Shown here: positions 16,336-26,600 of the stretch, piece by piece
Layout: every line of letters begins with the position of its first letter
Position numbering within the stretch: the stretch's first letter is position 1
Notes under the pieces: generated by a model
The model's database searches: none
What the model saw: the letters and a program-made list of their open reading frames with translations, nothing else
Told to the model about the DNA's origin: nothing
Assembly (NCBI GenBank): GCA_944325415.1
Contig: CALUZW010000001.1
Coordinates: forward strand, 71,527-135,526
From: an uncultured Bacteroidales bacterium
GTDB taxonomy: Bacteria; Bacteroidota; Bacteroidia; Bacteroidales; UBA11471
Length of the DNA stretch: 64,000 nucleotides
Direction of reading: 5' to 3'
Made by a program: the position numbers and the translations under genes

Positions 16336-18333
16336 TCAGTAGGTTACGACAATGCCGCCGCTGAACCACCCCTCGGGCATCTTCAATCCGCCGAAGTCGC
16401 AATAGCGGGTGGCGGTAATGTTGTTGCCGTCGAGATAGATGCGCAGGTGGCGCCGTTCCCACGAGAGGCGGGCGTCGAGCAGGGCATAGGTGTCGTATCC
16501 GGTGCGTTGGCCCGAGGCGTCGATATAGTTTCCGTTACGGTCGTAGACGCCGCCGATGAGCGTGAGGGTCATGTATTTCAAGAAGTGAACGCTCACGGTA
16601 GCCGTAGCTTTGTGCCGCATGTTGTCGAGCGCATATTTTGAAATGTAGTCGCCGCTCTGCTTGTCGGTGGTGAGGTAGGCATAGGAGAGGGTTGCCTGCC
16701 TGAGAAACCCTTTGCCGTAGTAGCCGCCCGTCCATTCGACACCCAAGGTGCGGAGGCGGGTGAGCTGCAACGATTCCCATTCGCTGTCGGCGCTCTTCTG
16801 TACCCAGTCGATAATGTCTCGTCCGTCGCGGAAATATACCTCGGCCGAGGTTCTCCAACCACTCTTCTCATAGGAGCCGCGCAACCGGTAGGTCGTAGCC
16901 TTCTCGGGTTTGAGATGGGGGTTGCCTATGTATCCGGTTGTCGTGTAGTAGAGGTCGGTAAACGAGGGCAGTCGCATCGACTGTACGGCGGCGATGCCGA
17001 TGTGCAGGCCGTCGACAGGGCGATATCCGCCCGAAAGGCTCCAGATGGGGGTTGTCTCGCCGGGCGAGAATACGCAGCCGGCCGAGCCTTCGATGTCGAA
17101 GCGGCCCAGTTGCTTGATGTGCCGCACGCGCAGGTCGCCGCTGTTCTGCCTCTTTCCGTTGGTATAGTAGGCGTCGCTCTCACCTTTGACCCGCCGGGGG
17201 GTACTCAGCGGCTCGCCCAGCACCGAGCTGAGCAGGTGGTCGTACCGGTAATCGGCATATAGCGATGTCTTTCCCCACAGCCACGAGTAGTCGGCCCGGA
17301 GAGCCAGCCCCAGACGGTCGGTGTTGTGGTAGTTGAACGGTACGATGGAAGCCTCGCCCTTTATCAGCTCAAACCGGTCGAAGTTTTTACGGTAGCTGAT
17401 GCTCGACTCGATAAAGAAGCGCCCGAGGCTTTTTTGCCAGCGGAGCGAGGAGAGGAATGTGCGGGTAGCCTCGTATTGGTCGGGATATTGGAGCGAGTAG
17501 AAGCCGTTGGCTCCGAAATCTCGTGTCTGCCAGCCCGACTGGAAGTCGAAGTACCCGGCCCGACGGCTGTCGTAGCCGACCCGCACGAAGGCGTTGTAGT
17601 TACGGAAGTCGGTGTTGCGCGTGTATCCGTCCGAGGCCCGGTATGAGCCGGCGCCGAAGAGCGTGAACCGTCCATGGGTTACTGCTCCCGAGAGGTTGCC
17701 GTAGGCATAGCCATATTGCCCGCCCGAGATTTCGGCCCGCACATAGGTGGGCCGTAGCGGTTGGGTACGGATATTGACCGCACCGGAAAAAGCTCCGATG
17801 CCGGCAGTGCCGTCTTCGATAGTGATGTCGGATACAATGTCGAGGTCGATGGGCAACGAGTGGCTTTGGTGCCCGGTGCGGGCATCGGAAAAGTCGATGC
17901 CGTTGAGCATGACGATGGTTTGGTCAAACGAGCCTCCCCGTACCGAGATGTCGGCCTGTACGCCTTTGCTCCCCCTTTCCCGCAAGTCGACAGAGGGGCA
18001 GAGCCGCAAGGCGGCCTCGATGCTTTGCAGCGGGGCGGTCGCCGCCTCGCTTCTGTCGAGAACAGGTATGGGCAACACCGCCGTGCGGGTGGGGGGGAGT
18101 ATATTCCCTGTAACCACCACTTCGCTGATGTCGAGTTCCTTTACCGAGTCGGTGTCGAACTGCTGGGCAAAGGTTTCGGTCGGTGTAGAGAGCAAGACGA
18201 GCGACATCGAGCAGGAGAGAACCCCGATGGAGACCTCATGATGGAGGCTCGCAAAGGCGCCGAATTTTTTCCGGCTCCACCTCCTCCACCGTTGCGGGCA
18301 GAGGGCGGGTCTTGATGCAGAATGTTTTTTCAT
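16336..18333 (-). CDS. TonB-dependent outer-membrane receptor (small, non-SusC type)
   Basis: 665 aa with a long Bacteroidota-type signal. Plug region DISEVVVTGN...LDRSE...DLRERG, then beta-barrel repeats ending ...GGIVVTY. Confidence 0.85.
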   Translation of the reverse strand: MKKHSASRPALCPQRWRRWSRKKFGAFASLHHEVSIGVLSCSMSLVLLSTPTETFAQQFDTDSVKELDISEVVVTGNILPPTRTAVLPIPVLDRSEAATAPLQSIEAALRLCPSVDLRERGSKGVQADISVRGGSFDQTIVMLNGIDFSDARTGHQSHSLPIDLDIVSDITIEDGTAGIGAFSGAVNIRTQPLRPTYVRAEISGGQYGYAYGNLSGAVTHGRFTLFGAGSYRASDGYTRNTDFRNYNAFVRVGYDSRRAGYFDFQSGWQTRDFGANGFYSLQYPDQYEATRTFLSSLRWQKSLGRFFIESSISYRKNFDRFELIKGEASIVPFNYHNTDRLGLALRADYSWLWGKTSLYADYRYDHLLSSVLGEPLSTPRRVKGESDAYYTNGKRQNSGDLRVRHIKQLGRFDIEGSAGCVFSPGETTPIWSLSGGYRPVDGLHIGIAAVQSMRLPSFTDLYYTTTGYIGNPHLKPEKATTYRLRGSYEKSGWRTSAEVYFRDGRDIIDWVQKSADSEWESLQLTRLRTLGVEWTGGYYGKGFLRQATLSYAYLTTDKQSGDYISKYALDNMRHKATATVSVHFLKYMTLTLIGGVYDRNGNYIDASGQRTGYDTYALLDARLSWERRHLRIYLDGNNITATRYCDFGGLKMPEGWFSGGIVVTY

Positions 18334-18405
18334 CTTGAAAATATGGATTGTTTAGGTTTGTTACAGTCGGCCGGCGGGCTTGCTCCGCCCCGGCTGTTTC
18401 GGCTG

Positions 18406-18413
18406 CAAAAGTA
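18406..18413 (-). promoter_or_regulatory. candidate -7 box (TACTTTTG on minus strand) for the TonB-dependent receptor gene
   Basis: Plus-strand caaaagta, about 73 nt upstream of ATG 18333. Confidence 0.4.
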
Positions 18414-18471
18414 GGACATATTTGCCGAAAAATCGTTATCTTTACTTCCGAATGCCATACTCTTTTTGAAT

Positions 18472-18960
18472 ATGTCTGTCCAACATGTTGTAACGCAGAA
18501 ATTTATGATGCCGGCTACGCTCTACCTGCGCTTTTTGCTTACCGCATTTCTCCGGCGCAACTGGGCTTGGGGCATCGTTATCGTCTCGTTTTTTGTGGGG
18601 TTGGGATATTTTACCGACCAGGCGGTGTATGTGGCTGTGATACTTTTCTTCGCGGCCATTCCTGTGGGGATATTCCATTTCTTTGTAACACGGCTCACCC
18701 GTCCCGACGAGCGTCGGGTACTGCGCGAACATTCTGCCACCATCGACCGGGGAGGCATTGTCCTGACCTATGACGACGGCTTGTCGCTCTACTATCCGTG
18801 GGAGTCGATACTGTCGTGTACCTCCAAACGTCGCTATTATCTCCTGGTTCTTGACGAGGAACCTCCCTTCCTGTATTTGCCCAAGGAGGCTTTCGAGGGT
18901 GAGGAGGCTTGTCGGGCTTTTGAAAGACTGGCCTTGTCTATCGAATCGGGAGAGGCGTAG
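18472..18960 (+). CDS. YcxB-like membrane protein
   Basis: Two TM helices (WAWGIVIVSFFVGLGYF, VAVILFFAAIPVGIFHFF) followed by a small soluble domain with ...RRYYLLVLDEEPPFLYLPKEAF. ATG 18472 is preferred over TTG 18466. Confidence 0.55.
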   Translation: MSVQHVVTQKFMMPATLYLRFLLTAFLRRNWAWGIVIVSFFVGLGYFTDQAVYVAVILFFAAIPVGIFHFFVTRLTRPDERRVLREHSATIDRGGIVLTYDDGLSLYYPWESILSCTSKRRYYLLVLDEEPPFLYLPKEAFEGEEACRAFERLALSIESGEA

Positions 18961-18981
18961 TTGTTTTATCGAAAAAAAGTT

Positions 18982-18989
18982 TATCTTTG
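18982..18989 (+). promoter_or_regulatory. candidate -7 box TATCTTTG for the TPR/PD40 gene
   Basis: Exact TAnnTTTG, 25 nt upstream of ATG 19014. Confidence 0.45.
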
Positions 18990-19013
18990 TGAAGAATAAT
19001 CCCGTGATTTGCT

Positions 19014-20456
19014 ATGAAAAGACTCTGGCTGACCGTTATCTTCCTTGCATCTGCCCTGTTTGCTCTTGATGCGCAGACTCTCGAAGATGCCCGCAATATG
19101 TACCGGGCCGGGCTCTATGAGGAGGCCCTGCCTATCTTTGAGAAAAATCTCAAAAAGAAGCCAAAGACCCCTTCGCTCAATCAGTGGTACGGCGTGTGCC
19201 TGTACGAGACGGGCCGGAAAGCCGAAGCCGAGAAATATCTTAAAATCGCAGCTTCGGGCAAGATACCCGAGTCGTACCGTTACCTGGCCGGTGTATGTTT
19301 TGAACAGTATCGTTTTGTCGAGGCCGTGAATTATTTTTCGCGCTATATCGGTTACCTCAGTAACCGCAAGGACGGGGCTGCCGATGTATCGACGTATGAA
19401 CTGTGGGCTACGCAGGCCGAGCTTGGAGCGCAGATGCTCTCCAAGGTGCAGCGTGTGCAGGTCATTGACAGTATGGTGGTCGACAAGGATGATTTTTTCC
19501 TGCATTATAAGTTGTCGCCCGAGGTTGGCTCTCTGCACACCTACGAAAGTCTGGTAGGCGAGGAGCGTCCCGAGGCGGGCCCCGTGTTCCAGGCCCAGCG
19601 GCGCGACAAGATTCTCTATGCCGTGCCCGATGGTGATGCCGGCTATGAAATCGTCTCCCGCATACGCCTTGGCGATGGTACTTACGGCGAAGAGGAGTCG
19701 CTCGACGACATGAATACCCTCTATGACGAGAACTATCCCTTCCTGCTTACCGATGGCGTTACCCTCTATTTTGCCTCCAATGAGGAGGATCGCACATTGG
19801 GCGGCTACGATATTTTTGTTTCCCGCTACAACATCAACACTTACGAATTTTCCATTCCAGAGCCGCTGCCCATGCCGTTCAACTCGCCCTACGACGACTA
19901 TATGATGGCTGTCGACGAGGTCAATCGTGTCGGCTGGTTTGCCAGCAACCGCTACCAGCCCGACGGCAAGGTGTGCCTCTACATCTTTATCTACGAAGAA
20001 GAGCCGGAGTTCCTGGCTCCCGATGAGGCTCCCGAACGGCTCCTGCCGTTGGCCCGTCTCTCCTCGATACGCGACACCTGGGCCGAAGGTGCCGATTACC
20101 GGCCTTTGTTGGAAAAGATAGCCCGTATGCAAACGCCCCGCGAAGAACGTCCGGCCCGCAATGCCATGACCTTTGTCGTTTCCGATGGCGTTGTCTATAC
20201 CTCTCTCTCCCAGTTCAAGAACAAGACGGCGCGAGACCTCTATGTCAAGTCCCGGGAGTTGCGCCGGCTGATATCGGCCAGTGAGAATGAACTCGGCCGC
20301 CTGCGCGAAGCCTATGCCGCCGGGAAGAATCTCTCCGAGACGGCAGCCCGTATACAGGAATTGGAAAATCTCCTGCAAACGCTCTATCCCCAGCCCGACG
20401 ACTATGAAAACCAGAGCCGTCAGGCCGAGATGTCGCATCTGTTGCAGGGTAAATAG
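19014..20456 (+). CDS. secreted TPR plus PD40 (TolB-like beta-propeller repeat) protein
   Basis: Signal peptide MKRLWLTVIFLASALFALDAQ. TPR-like ARNMYRAGLYEEALPIFEKNL. PD40 signatures LYFASNEEDRTLGGYDIFVSRYN and WFASNRYQPDGKVCLY. Confidence 0.8.
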   Translation: MKRLWLTVIFLASALFALDAQTLEDARNMYRAGLYEEALPIFEKNLKKKPKTPSLNQWYGVCLYETGRKAEAEKYLKIAASGKIPESYRYLAGVCFEQYRFVEAVNYFSRYIGYLSNRKDGAADVSTYELWATQAELGAQMLSKVQRVQVIDSMVVDKDDFFLHYKLSPEVGSLHTYESLVGEERPEAGPVFQAQRRDKILYAVPDGDAGYEIVSRIRLGDGTYGEEESLDDMNTLYDENYPFLLTDGVTLYFASNEEDRTLGGYDIFVSRYNINTYEFSIPEPLPMPFNSPYDDYMMAVDEVNRVGWFASNRYQPDGKVCLYIFIYEEEPEFLAPDEAPERLLPLARLSSIRDTWAEGADYRPLLEKIARMQTPREERPARNAMTFVVSDGVVYTSLSQFKNKTARDLYVKSRELRRLISASENELGRLREAYAAGKNLSETAARIQELENLLQTLYPQPDDYENQSRQAEMSHLLQGK

Positions 20457-20513
20457 ATAGAAGCAGCCCTCCTCACAAGTCAAGAACCTTTACATTCTAA
20501 TATCGCGAAAATT

Positions 20514-21491
20514 ATGGATTTATTTGTATTACTTGTCGTGGCACTCTGTATCGTGGCTCTGGCCGTGTTTTTCTACTTTGTGCCCTTCCTGTTGTGGATA
20601 TCGGCGCTCGTGTCGGGCGTGCATATATCCCTGGTGCAACTCTTTCTGATGCGCATACGTAAAGTACCGCCCCAAATTATAGTGCGGGCGATGATTGAAG
20701 CCCACAAGGCCGGCTTGAAGTCGATTACCCGCGACGAACTCGAAGCCCACTACCTGGCCGGTGGTCGGGTAGAGCGCGTGGTGCATGCTCTCGTGTCGGC
20801 TGCCAAGGCCAATATCGATCTTGGTTTCCAGATGGCTACCGCCATCGACCTGGCCGGCCGCGATGTGTTTGAGGCGGTGCAGATGTCTGTCAATCCCAAA
20901 GTCATCGATACCCCACCCGTGGTAGCTGTGGCCAAAGACGGTATACAGCTTATCGCCAAGGCCCGTGTTACGGTGCGTGCCAATATCAGGCAGTTGGTGG
21001 GTGGTGCCGGTGAAGATACCGTGCTGGCCCGTGTAGGCGAGGGTATTGTGTCGTCGATAGGTTCGTCGGAGTCGCACAAGTCGGTGCTTGAAAATCCCGA
21101 TTCCATATCGAAACTCGTACTTAAAAAAGGTCTTGACTCGGGAACCGCTTTTGAGATTCTCTCCATCGATATTGCCGACATCGATATAGGCAAGAACATC
21201 GGTGCCGGTCTGCAAATCGACCAGGCGCAGGCCGACAAGAACATTGCCCAAGCCAAGGCCGAGGAGCGTCGTGCCATGGCCATCGCCCTCGAACAGGAGA
21301 TGAAAGCCAAGGCCCAGGAGGCCCGGGCCAAGGTTATCGAGGCCGAAGCCGAAGTACCCCGTGCCATGGCCGAAGCCTTCCGGTCGGGAAATCTTGGAAT
21401 CATGGATTACTACCGCATGAAAAATATAGAGGCCGACACCTCGATGCGCGACGCCATTGCCAAGCCGTCGGGTGGAACCTCGGCCAAGTAA
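20514..21491 (+). CDS. floA: flotillin-like protein FloA (SPFH/UPF0365)
   Basis: N-terminal TM, then [68 protein letters not shown]. Confidence 0.88.
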   Translation: MDLFVLLVVALCIVALAVFFYFVPFLLWISALVSGVHISLVQLFLMRIRKVPPQIIVRAMIEAHKAGLKSITRDELEAHYLAGGRVERVVHALVSAAKANIDLGFQMATAIDLAGRDVFEAVQMSVNPKVIDTPPVVAVAKDGIQLIAKARVTVRANIRQLVGGAGEDTVLARVGEGIVSSIGSSESHKSVLENPDSISKLVLKKGLDSGTAFEILSIDIADIDIGKNIGAGLQIDQAQADKNIAQAKAEERRAMAIALEQEMKAKAQEARAKVIEAEAEVPRAMAEAFRSGNLGIMDYYRMKNIEADTSMRDAIAKPSGGTSAK

Positions 21492-21507
21492 GTTAATTTT
21501 TATGTAT

Positions 21508-21546
21508 AAAGAGGCGGGAAACTTAATGTTATCCGCCTCTTTATAT
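21508..21546 (+). terminator. terminator after floA
   Basis: Stem aaagaggcgg (21508-21517) / ccgcctcttt (21533-21542) followed by an A/T-rich tail. Confidence 0.6.
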
Positions 21547-21672
21547 AAATATCGGTGAGGATATTTCGTTCAAGGTGGCTTTTTTAGCCAATAAAGGTTG
21601 AAAATAGTCTTTATTTAGTGAAGTTTCTGTTTTTTCATTTTTTATGTAGATGTAACAAATAAATGATATTGC

Positions 21673-21680
21673 TAATTTTG
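21673..21680 (+). promoter_or_regulatory. candidate -7 box TAATTTTG for the acetylesterase/CE8 gene pair
   Basis: Exact TAnnTTTG, 28 nt upstream of ATG 21708. Confidence 0.45.
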
Positions 21681-21707
21681 GGTTATAACTTCTTAAACAA
21701 ATATACC

Positions 21708-23603
21708 ATGAAACACGCACACATTATCGTGGCAGCTTTGTGCTCCATAACATCTTTGTGGTCTCTATCAGCACAAACTGTACACACAATCGGCGATTCT
21801 ACGATGGCCGACTACAACGAGTCTACCACCGACCAGCGAGGCTGGGGGCAGATGTTCCAGCAGTTTTTTGATGAAACCATAACCGTTAACAACCGGGGGA
21901 AGAGCGGTGCCAGCAGCAAGAGCTTTTACAAGGAGAGCGCATACTGGCCGTCGGTGAAGAAACAGATAGCCGAGGGCGATTATGTCATTATACAATTTGC
22001 GCATAACGACGAGAAGACCGGCGGTATGGACGGCGACTCGGTGCGTGCCAAGACCGGCGATATGACGGTCGATTACCGCGGAACGACGCCTCAGGGTACT
22101 TATAAGGAATTTCTGCGGCGCTATGTCGACGAGACCCGGGCTTTGGGGGCTACCCCCATACTGGTGTCGTCGATGTGCCGGAAATATTTCTCGGGCAACA
22201 CCATACGCCGTAACGGGCGCCACGACCTGGGCGACTCTTTCTCAATTCTCAACGACGACGGAACCATATCGACGGGGAATAAGATTCCCGAGAGTGACCG
22301 TTCGATGGACTACTCCTATGCCATGAAACAGGTGGCCGAGGAGATGAATGTTCCCTATATCGACCTTACCACCAAATCGGCCGAGTTGTTTATCAGCTAT
22401 GGCGAAGCCGCTTGCACCGAGCTGCTGTTTAAGGAAAACGACAATACCCACCCCATTGCCTTGGGTGCCACCCTTATGGCCCGCATTGTAGCGCAGGAGA
22501 TGGCTGCACAGGGTATTCTCGCCGATCATATCCTTCAAAATGCCGATTTACTGGTCAATCCCACCTCTCTTGATTTTGGCCGGGCTTACACCGGGCAACA
22601 GCTAGTACGAGAGGTTTCGGTGTCGGGTTTTGACTTGTCTCCGACAGCCGGCTCATTTTCGGTGACGGTCTCAGAGGGATTTGACTTGTCGATCAACGGG
22701 CATGATTATGTCTCGTCGACTAACATAGATTATCAAGGGGGAAATCTCGATTATACCCGTCTCTATGTGCGGGCGACCGTCTCCGGCGTGGGAAACATGG
22801 TTGGCTCATTGGAACTTTCCAACGGAAACTATACCAAGAGTATTCCGTTGATGTGTGAAGGCATCGAGCTTGCAGGTGGAGAAGAGGTCGTTCTGCAATG
22901 GCCGCTCGACAAAGACGACTCCTATACCCTCACGGGACCGGCTGTGGCTGAGCCGCAAAGTTGGAGCGAGATGACAGTGCAGCGCTATGCTTCACCTAAT
23001 GCCAATACGGTGTGGCCCGAGTGGAGCGGCCTTGTCAACGGTCAACTGACGCAGCGCAATCTGATTGTCGGCGAGGTATGGCCGGCCGGAGAGATAGATG
23101 AGGTGTCGACTCGTTACATACAGTTCGGTATCACTGCCTCCGAAGGTACTGTATTGCATATCGACTCGATAGGCCTTTATGTGTGCGGAGCCGGTGGTAA
23201 CGGCATGCGCTGTCGTGTTTCCTACTCGACCGACCCCGACTTTGCCCAGGCCGTATCTATTGCTGAATACACCTCTTCGATGGTGGCCAATACCATGTAT
23301 GCCGTGCAGTACCAGCCTGTCGTGGAGTTGCAGGCCGGAGAGACGCTGCTCTTGCGCGTCTATCCGTGGTACAGCTCCCAGGCGACGGGCAAGACCATCT
23401 GTCTGAGCCATGTTACGTTGCACGGTGTTGCCTCTTCGGTATCTTCGGTCGATGAGACACCGGTTTCAGACGCTTTGTTGTCGCAGGTGCTTTATTACGA
23501 TATTTACGGAAGACTTTTGCCTGTTGCCCCTAAGCATGGCATCTATTTCAAGAAAGAGATTTATTCTGACGGGACAAACCTCGTGACCAAACTCATTCGA
23601 TAA
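21708..23603 (+). CDS. SGNH/GDSL hydrolase, rhamnogalacturonan acetylesterase-like (CE12-like), with unassigned C-terminal module and T9SS-type tail
   Basis: The start MKHAHIIVAALCSITSLWSLSAQ begins at ATG 21708. SGNH blocks TVHTIGDSTMADYNE, IIQFAHNDE, NDNTHPIALGA. Tail VLYYDIYGRLLPVAPKHGIYFKKEIY. Confidence 0.8.
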   Translation: MKHAHIIVAALCSITSLWSLSAQTVHTIGDSTMADYNESTTDQRGWGQMFQQFFDETITVNNRGKSGASSKSFYKESAYWPSVKKQIAEGDYVIIQFAHNDEKTGGMDGDSVRAKTGDMTVDYRGTTPQGTYKEFLRRYVDETRALGATPILVSSMCRKYFSGNTIRRNGRHDLGDSFSILNDDGTISTGNKIPESDRSMDYSYAMKQVAEEMNVPYIDLTTKSAELFISYGEAACTELLFKENDNTHPIALGATLMARIVAQEMAAQGILADHILQNADLLVNPTSLDFGRAYTGQQLVREVSVSGFDLSPTAGSFSVTVSEGFDLSINGHDYVSSTNIDYQGGNLDYTRLYVRATVSGVGNMVGSLELSNGNYTKSIPLMCEGIELAGGEEVVLQWPLDKDDSYTLTGPAVAEPQSWSEMTVQRYASPNANTVWPEWSGLVNGQLTQRNLIVGEVWPAGEIDEVSTRYIQFGITASEGTVLHIDSIGLYVCGAGGNGMRCRVSYSTDPDFAQAVSIAEYTSSMVANTMYAVQYQPVVELQAGETLLLRVYPWYSSQATGKTICLSHVTLHGVASSVSSVDETPVSDALLSQVLYYDIYGRLLPVAPKHGIYFKKEIYSDGTNLVTKLIR

Positions 23604-23639
23604 CTCCATATAACAAATATACTCTTAAATTTTTACTCC

Positions 23640-26600
23640 ATGAAAAAATGTGCTTTTTGGTGGCAGGTACTTGTGCTGGCTGTCATGACGATGCCCCTTG
23701 CTGCATCGGCGGCTTCCGGCGAATGGTATATTCATTGGCCACTCGATGAAGGCGTGGCTATCCACACGGCTACGCGTAGTGACAAGTCTCTCTTTGCCTA
23801 TGACATGAATGCTACCGGCAGTAATGTCCCCTATTTTGCCATGCGGGAAACCAACGGCATCAAGTTTACCCAGTTCCAGCCGGTGACACAAAGTTCTTCG
23901 CCCACCGAGAATGATAAGATAACATTCACGTTCAAACCGCAAGTGGGTGTGACCTTTACCCCGACTCAGGTTTCGCTCAATGGTTGCCGATATGGTACGA
24001 GCGGCGGAAATCTTGATATTTATCTGGTTTGTGGTGACCAACGTATCAATTTGGTAAAAGGGGCAAATCCTAACCGTAATGATGAGACGTCGCATTACTC
24101 TTTTGATGTTACGACGGTCAATGGCACGAGTGAAGAGGTGACCCTCGAAATATATTTGTACAATCTGGCATCGAACAAGCAGGTGGGCCTGGCCAATATC
24201 AAGCTGGCCGGAACATTTGAGGGTATTCCCGAAAGTGTTCCCGTATATAGTCTCGTAGCCAAACCCAATTTGGACGGGGCCGGAACCATCAAGCAGATAC
24301 CCTTGGGAGACTCTTTCAATGCCAATACACAGGTTACATTAGAGGCTGTCGAGAATTTCGGCTATGATTTTATAAACTGGACCGATGGGGACGGTCAGGT
24401 GGTGGCCGAGACGCCGCTCTTTGTTCATACACTGACTTCCGATGCAGAGTTTACCGCCAATTTTGAACCGGTGAATACCTATGTGTTGAATTTGACGGTT
24501 GAGAATGCTAATGATTATTACATTCAGTTGTCAAATCCGGGTGTGATGGTTGATGGAAAACGCATGTATGAAGAGGGTACCGAGGTTTCTCTTACGGCAT
24601 GGGCCAACGAGGTGTATACGTTCCTCAATTGGGAAAATGCATCTACCGAGACGACACGTACCATCAAGATGACTTCCGATATCGATGTCGTGGCTACATT
24701 CGGAAATCAACCGTTTATTTGCGGCTGGGATTTCTGGAATGCCGGTGGAGCTGATCGTATGGGAGATATTTACAACGAGTCGACCAATGCCGGTATGCTT
24801 ACCAAGCGCAATCTGGCCGGAGATACCAAGGGAGCCCTTGATCGCAGTGCCCTGTCGAACAATCCTACCTACGAAGGTCGTTATGCATGGGTCAATTGGG
24901 CAACGATAGCCGAGAAATATTATTTCGAGGTATCACTCTCATCGACGACCTATTATAATATACGAGTCTTGTCAAAGATGCTTTGCTCGTTCAACGGTTA
25001 TTCGGTGCAGTTGCTCCAATACTCTACCGATGGCGAAAACTTCACCACAGCTGATACCATTAGAATTACCGAATCCAAGAAATGGATAGAGAGTGAGATT
25101 AAGTTGCCCGAGGCTGCCGAGAATCAGGAAAAACTGTGGATTCGATGGTATCCCGATTATGAATCTCCGCTTATAGGAACTCCCGGCGACCAAGACGGAA
25201 CCTCAATCTGCGACATCTTTATTCTGGCCGATCAGATTGCTCCCGATGATTTCGAGGCTCCTCTGTTGTTGTCTACTATTCCGGCCGACAAGGCTGCCGA
25301 TGCAATGGCAAAGGGCTCCATCATTCTTAATTTCAACGAAATTGTAAAAGCCGGAAACGGCACTGTTACCCTTGATGGTGAACCGTTGACCGATGTAACC
25401 ATCAGCGGCAGCTCGGTACTGTACCGTTATGCCAACCTCAACTATAACACAACTTACACGGTCGATATTCCGGCCGGAGCCATAGTCGACCGTTCGGGTA
25501 ACTCTTTTGCCGGTGCTTCATTTACCTTTACGACGATGGACCGTCGTCAGCCCGAGGCCCGACTGTTCGATGCTGTTGTAGCGCAAGATGGCAGTGGCGA
25601 TTATCTTTCTGTGGCCGAAGCTGTCAAGGCAGCTCCTGCCGACCGCATTGCTCCGTGGCTCATATTTATCAAGGAGGGTTACTACAAGGATCATATCGAA
25701 ATTCCCGAGAACAAACCGTATATTTATCTTATCGGTCAGGATAAAGAAAAGGTAACCATAACCGATGATAAACTGTCTGGTGGCGAGAATGCCCTGCATG
25801 TGAGTCAAGGTGCCACGGTTGTTGTTCAAGCGCCCAATTTCTATGCCGAAAATATATCGTTTGAGAATGAATATGGCGTGAAACAGAATGCCGGTCCGCA
25901 GGCTTTGGCCCTCTTTACCAACAACGACCGTGCCTGCCTGTATAATTGTAAGTTGCGTTCGTATCAAGATACTTATCTTACCTCTACGGCCTCCGATTCA
26001 CATCGCCATTATCTCAGAGAGTGCCTTATCGAAGGTGGAGTAGACTTTATTTACGGTGGAGGCGATGTCTATTTCGACGAGTGTACCCTTAATATTGTAC
26101 GCACCTCAGGCGGATATATCGTGGCTCCTTCGCATGGATCGTCGACCAAATGGGGGTATGTATTTGACCACAACACCATAACTGCTCCTACAAATCCGCC
26201 TTCGGCTACCGATGTGTGGTTGGGCCGCCCGTGGCACAACGCCTGCAAGACAGTATTCCTCTATACACGTTCCGAGATTACGATACCGGCGGCCGGCTGG
26301 TATGAGACCATGGGCACGATACCGGCTATCTTTGCCGATTACAAGACGACCGATGCCGATGGTAATCTGCTCGACCTGAGCAACCGCCGCGATACCTACT
26401 ATTATGTCGACGACAATGGCGAGAGGGTATATGGCACGGCAAAGAATAGTTTGACCGATGAGGAGGCAGCTACTTATACCTATGCCAATGTGTTGAATGG
26501 CAGTGATTATTGGAATCCGCGAGAACTGATGGAGACTGTGGCCAAACCCGAGGGATTGACTTTCACCGAAGATAATGCGCTCTCATGGACAGCCGTCGAC

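Noticed and set aside
18334-18465. Cobalamin or TPP riboswitch ahead of the TonB-dependent receptor
   Set aside because: The leader is far too short for a cobalamin element. I cannot find the conserved CUGAGA / ACCUGAUCUGGAUAAUGCCAGCG-type TPP motifs or a B12 box.
18981-20483. 500-aa minus-strand ORF completely overlapping the 480-aa TPR/PD40 gene
   Set aside because: The plus-strand product has a signal peptide, TPR and PD40 signatures. The minus-strand product is Gly/Val/Leu/Arg-rich with no motif, which is typical of a shadow ORF opposite a G+C-rich gene.
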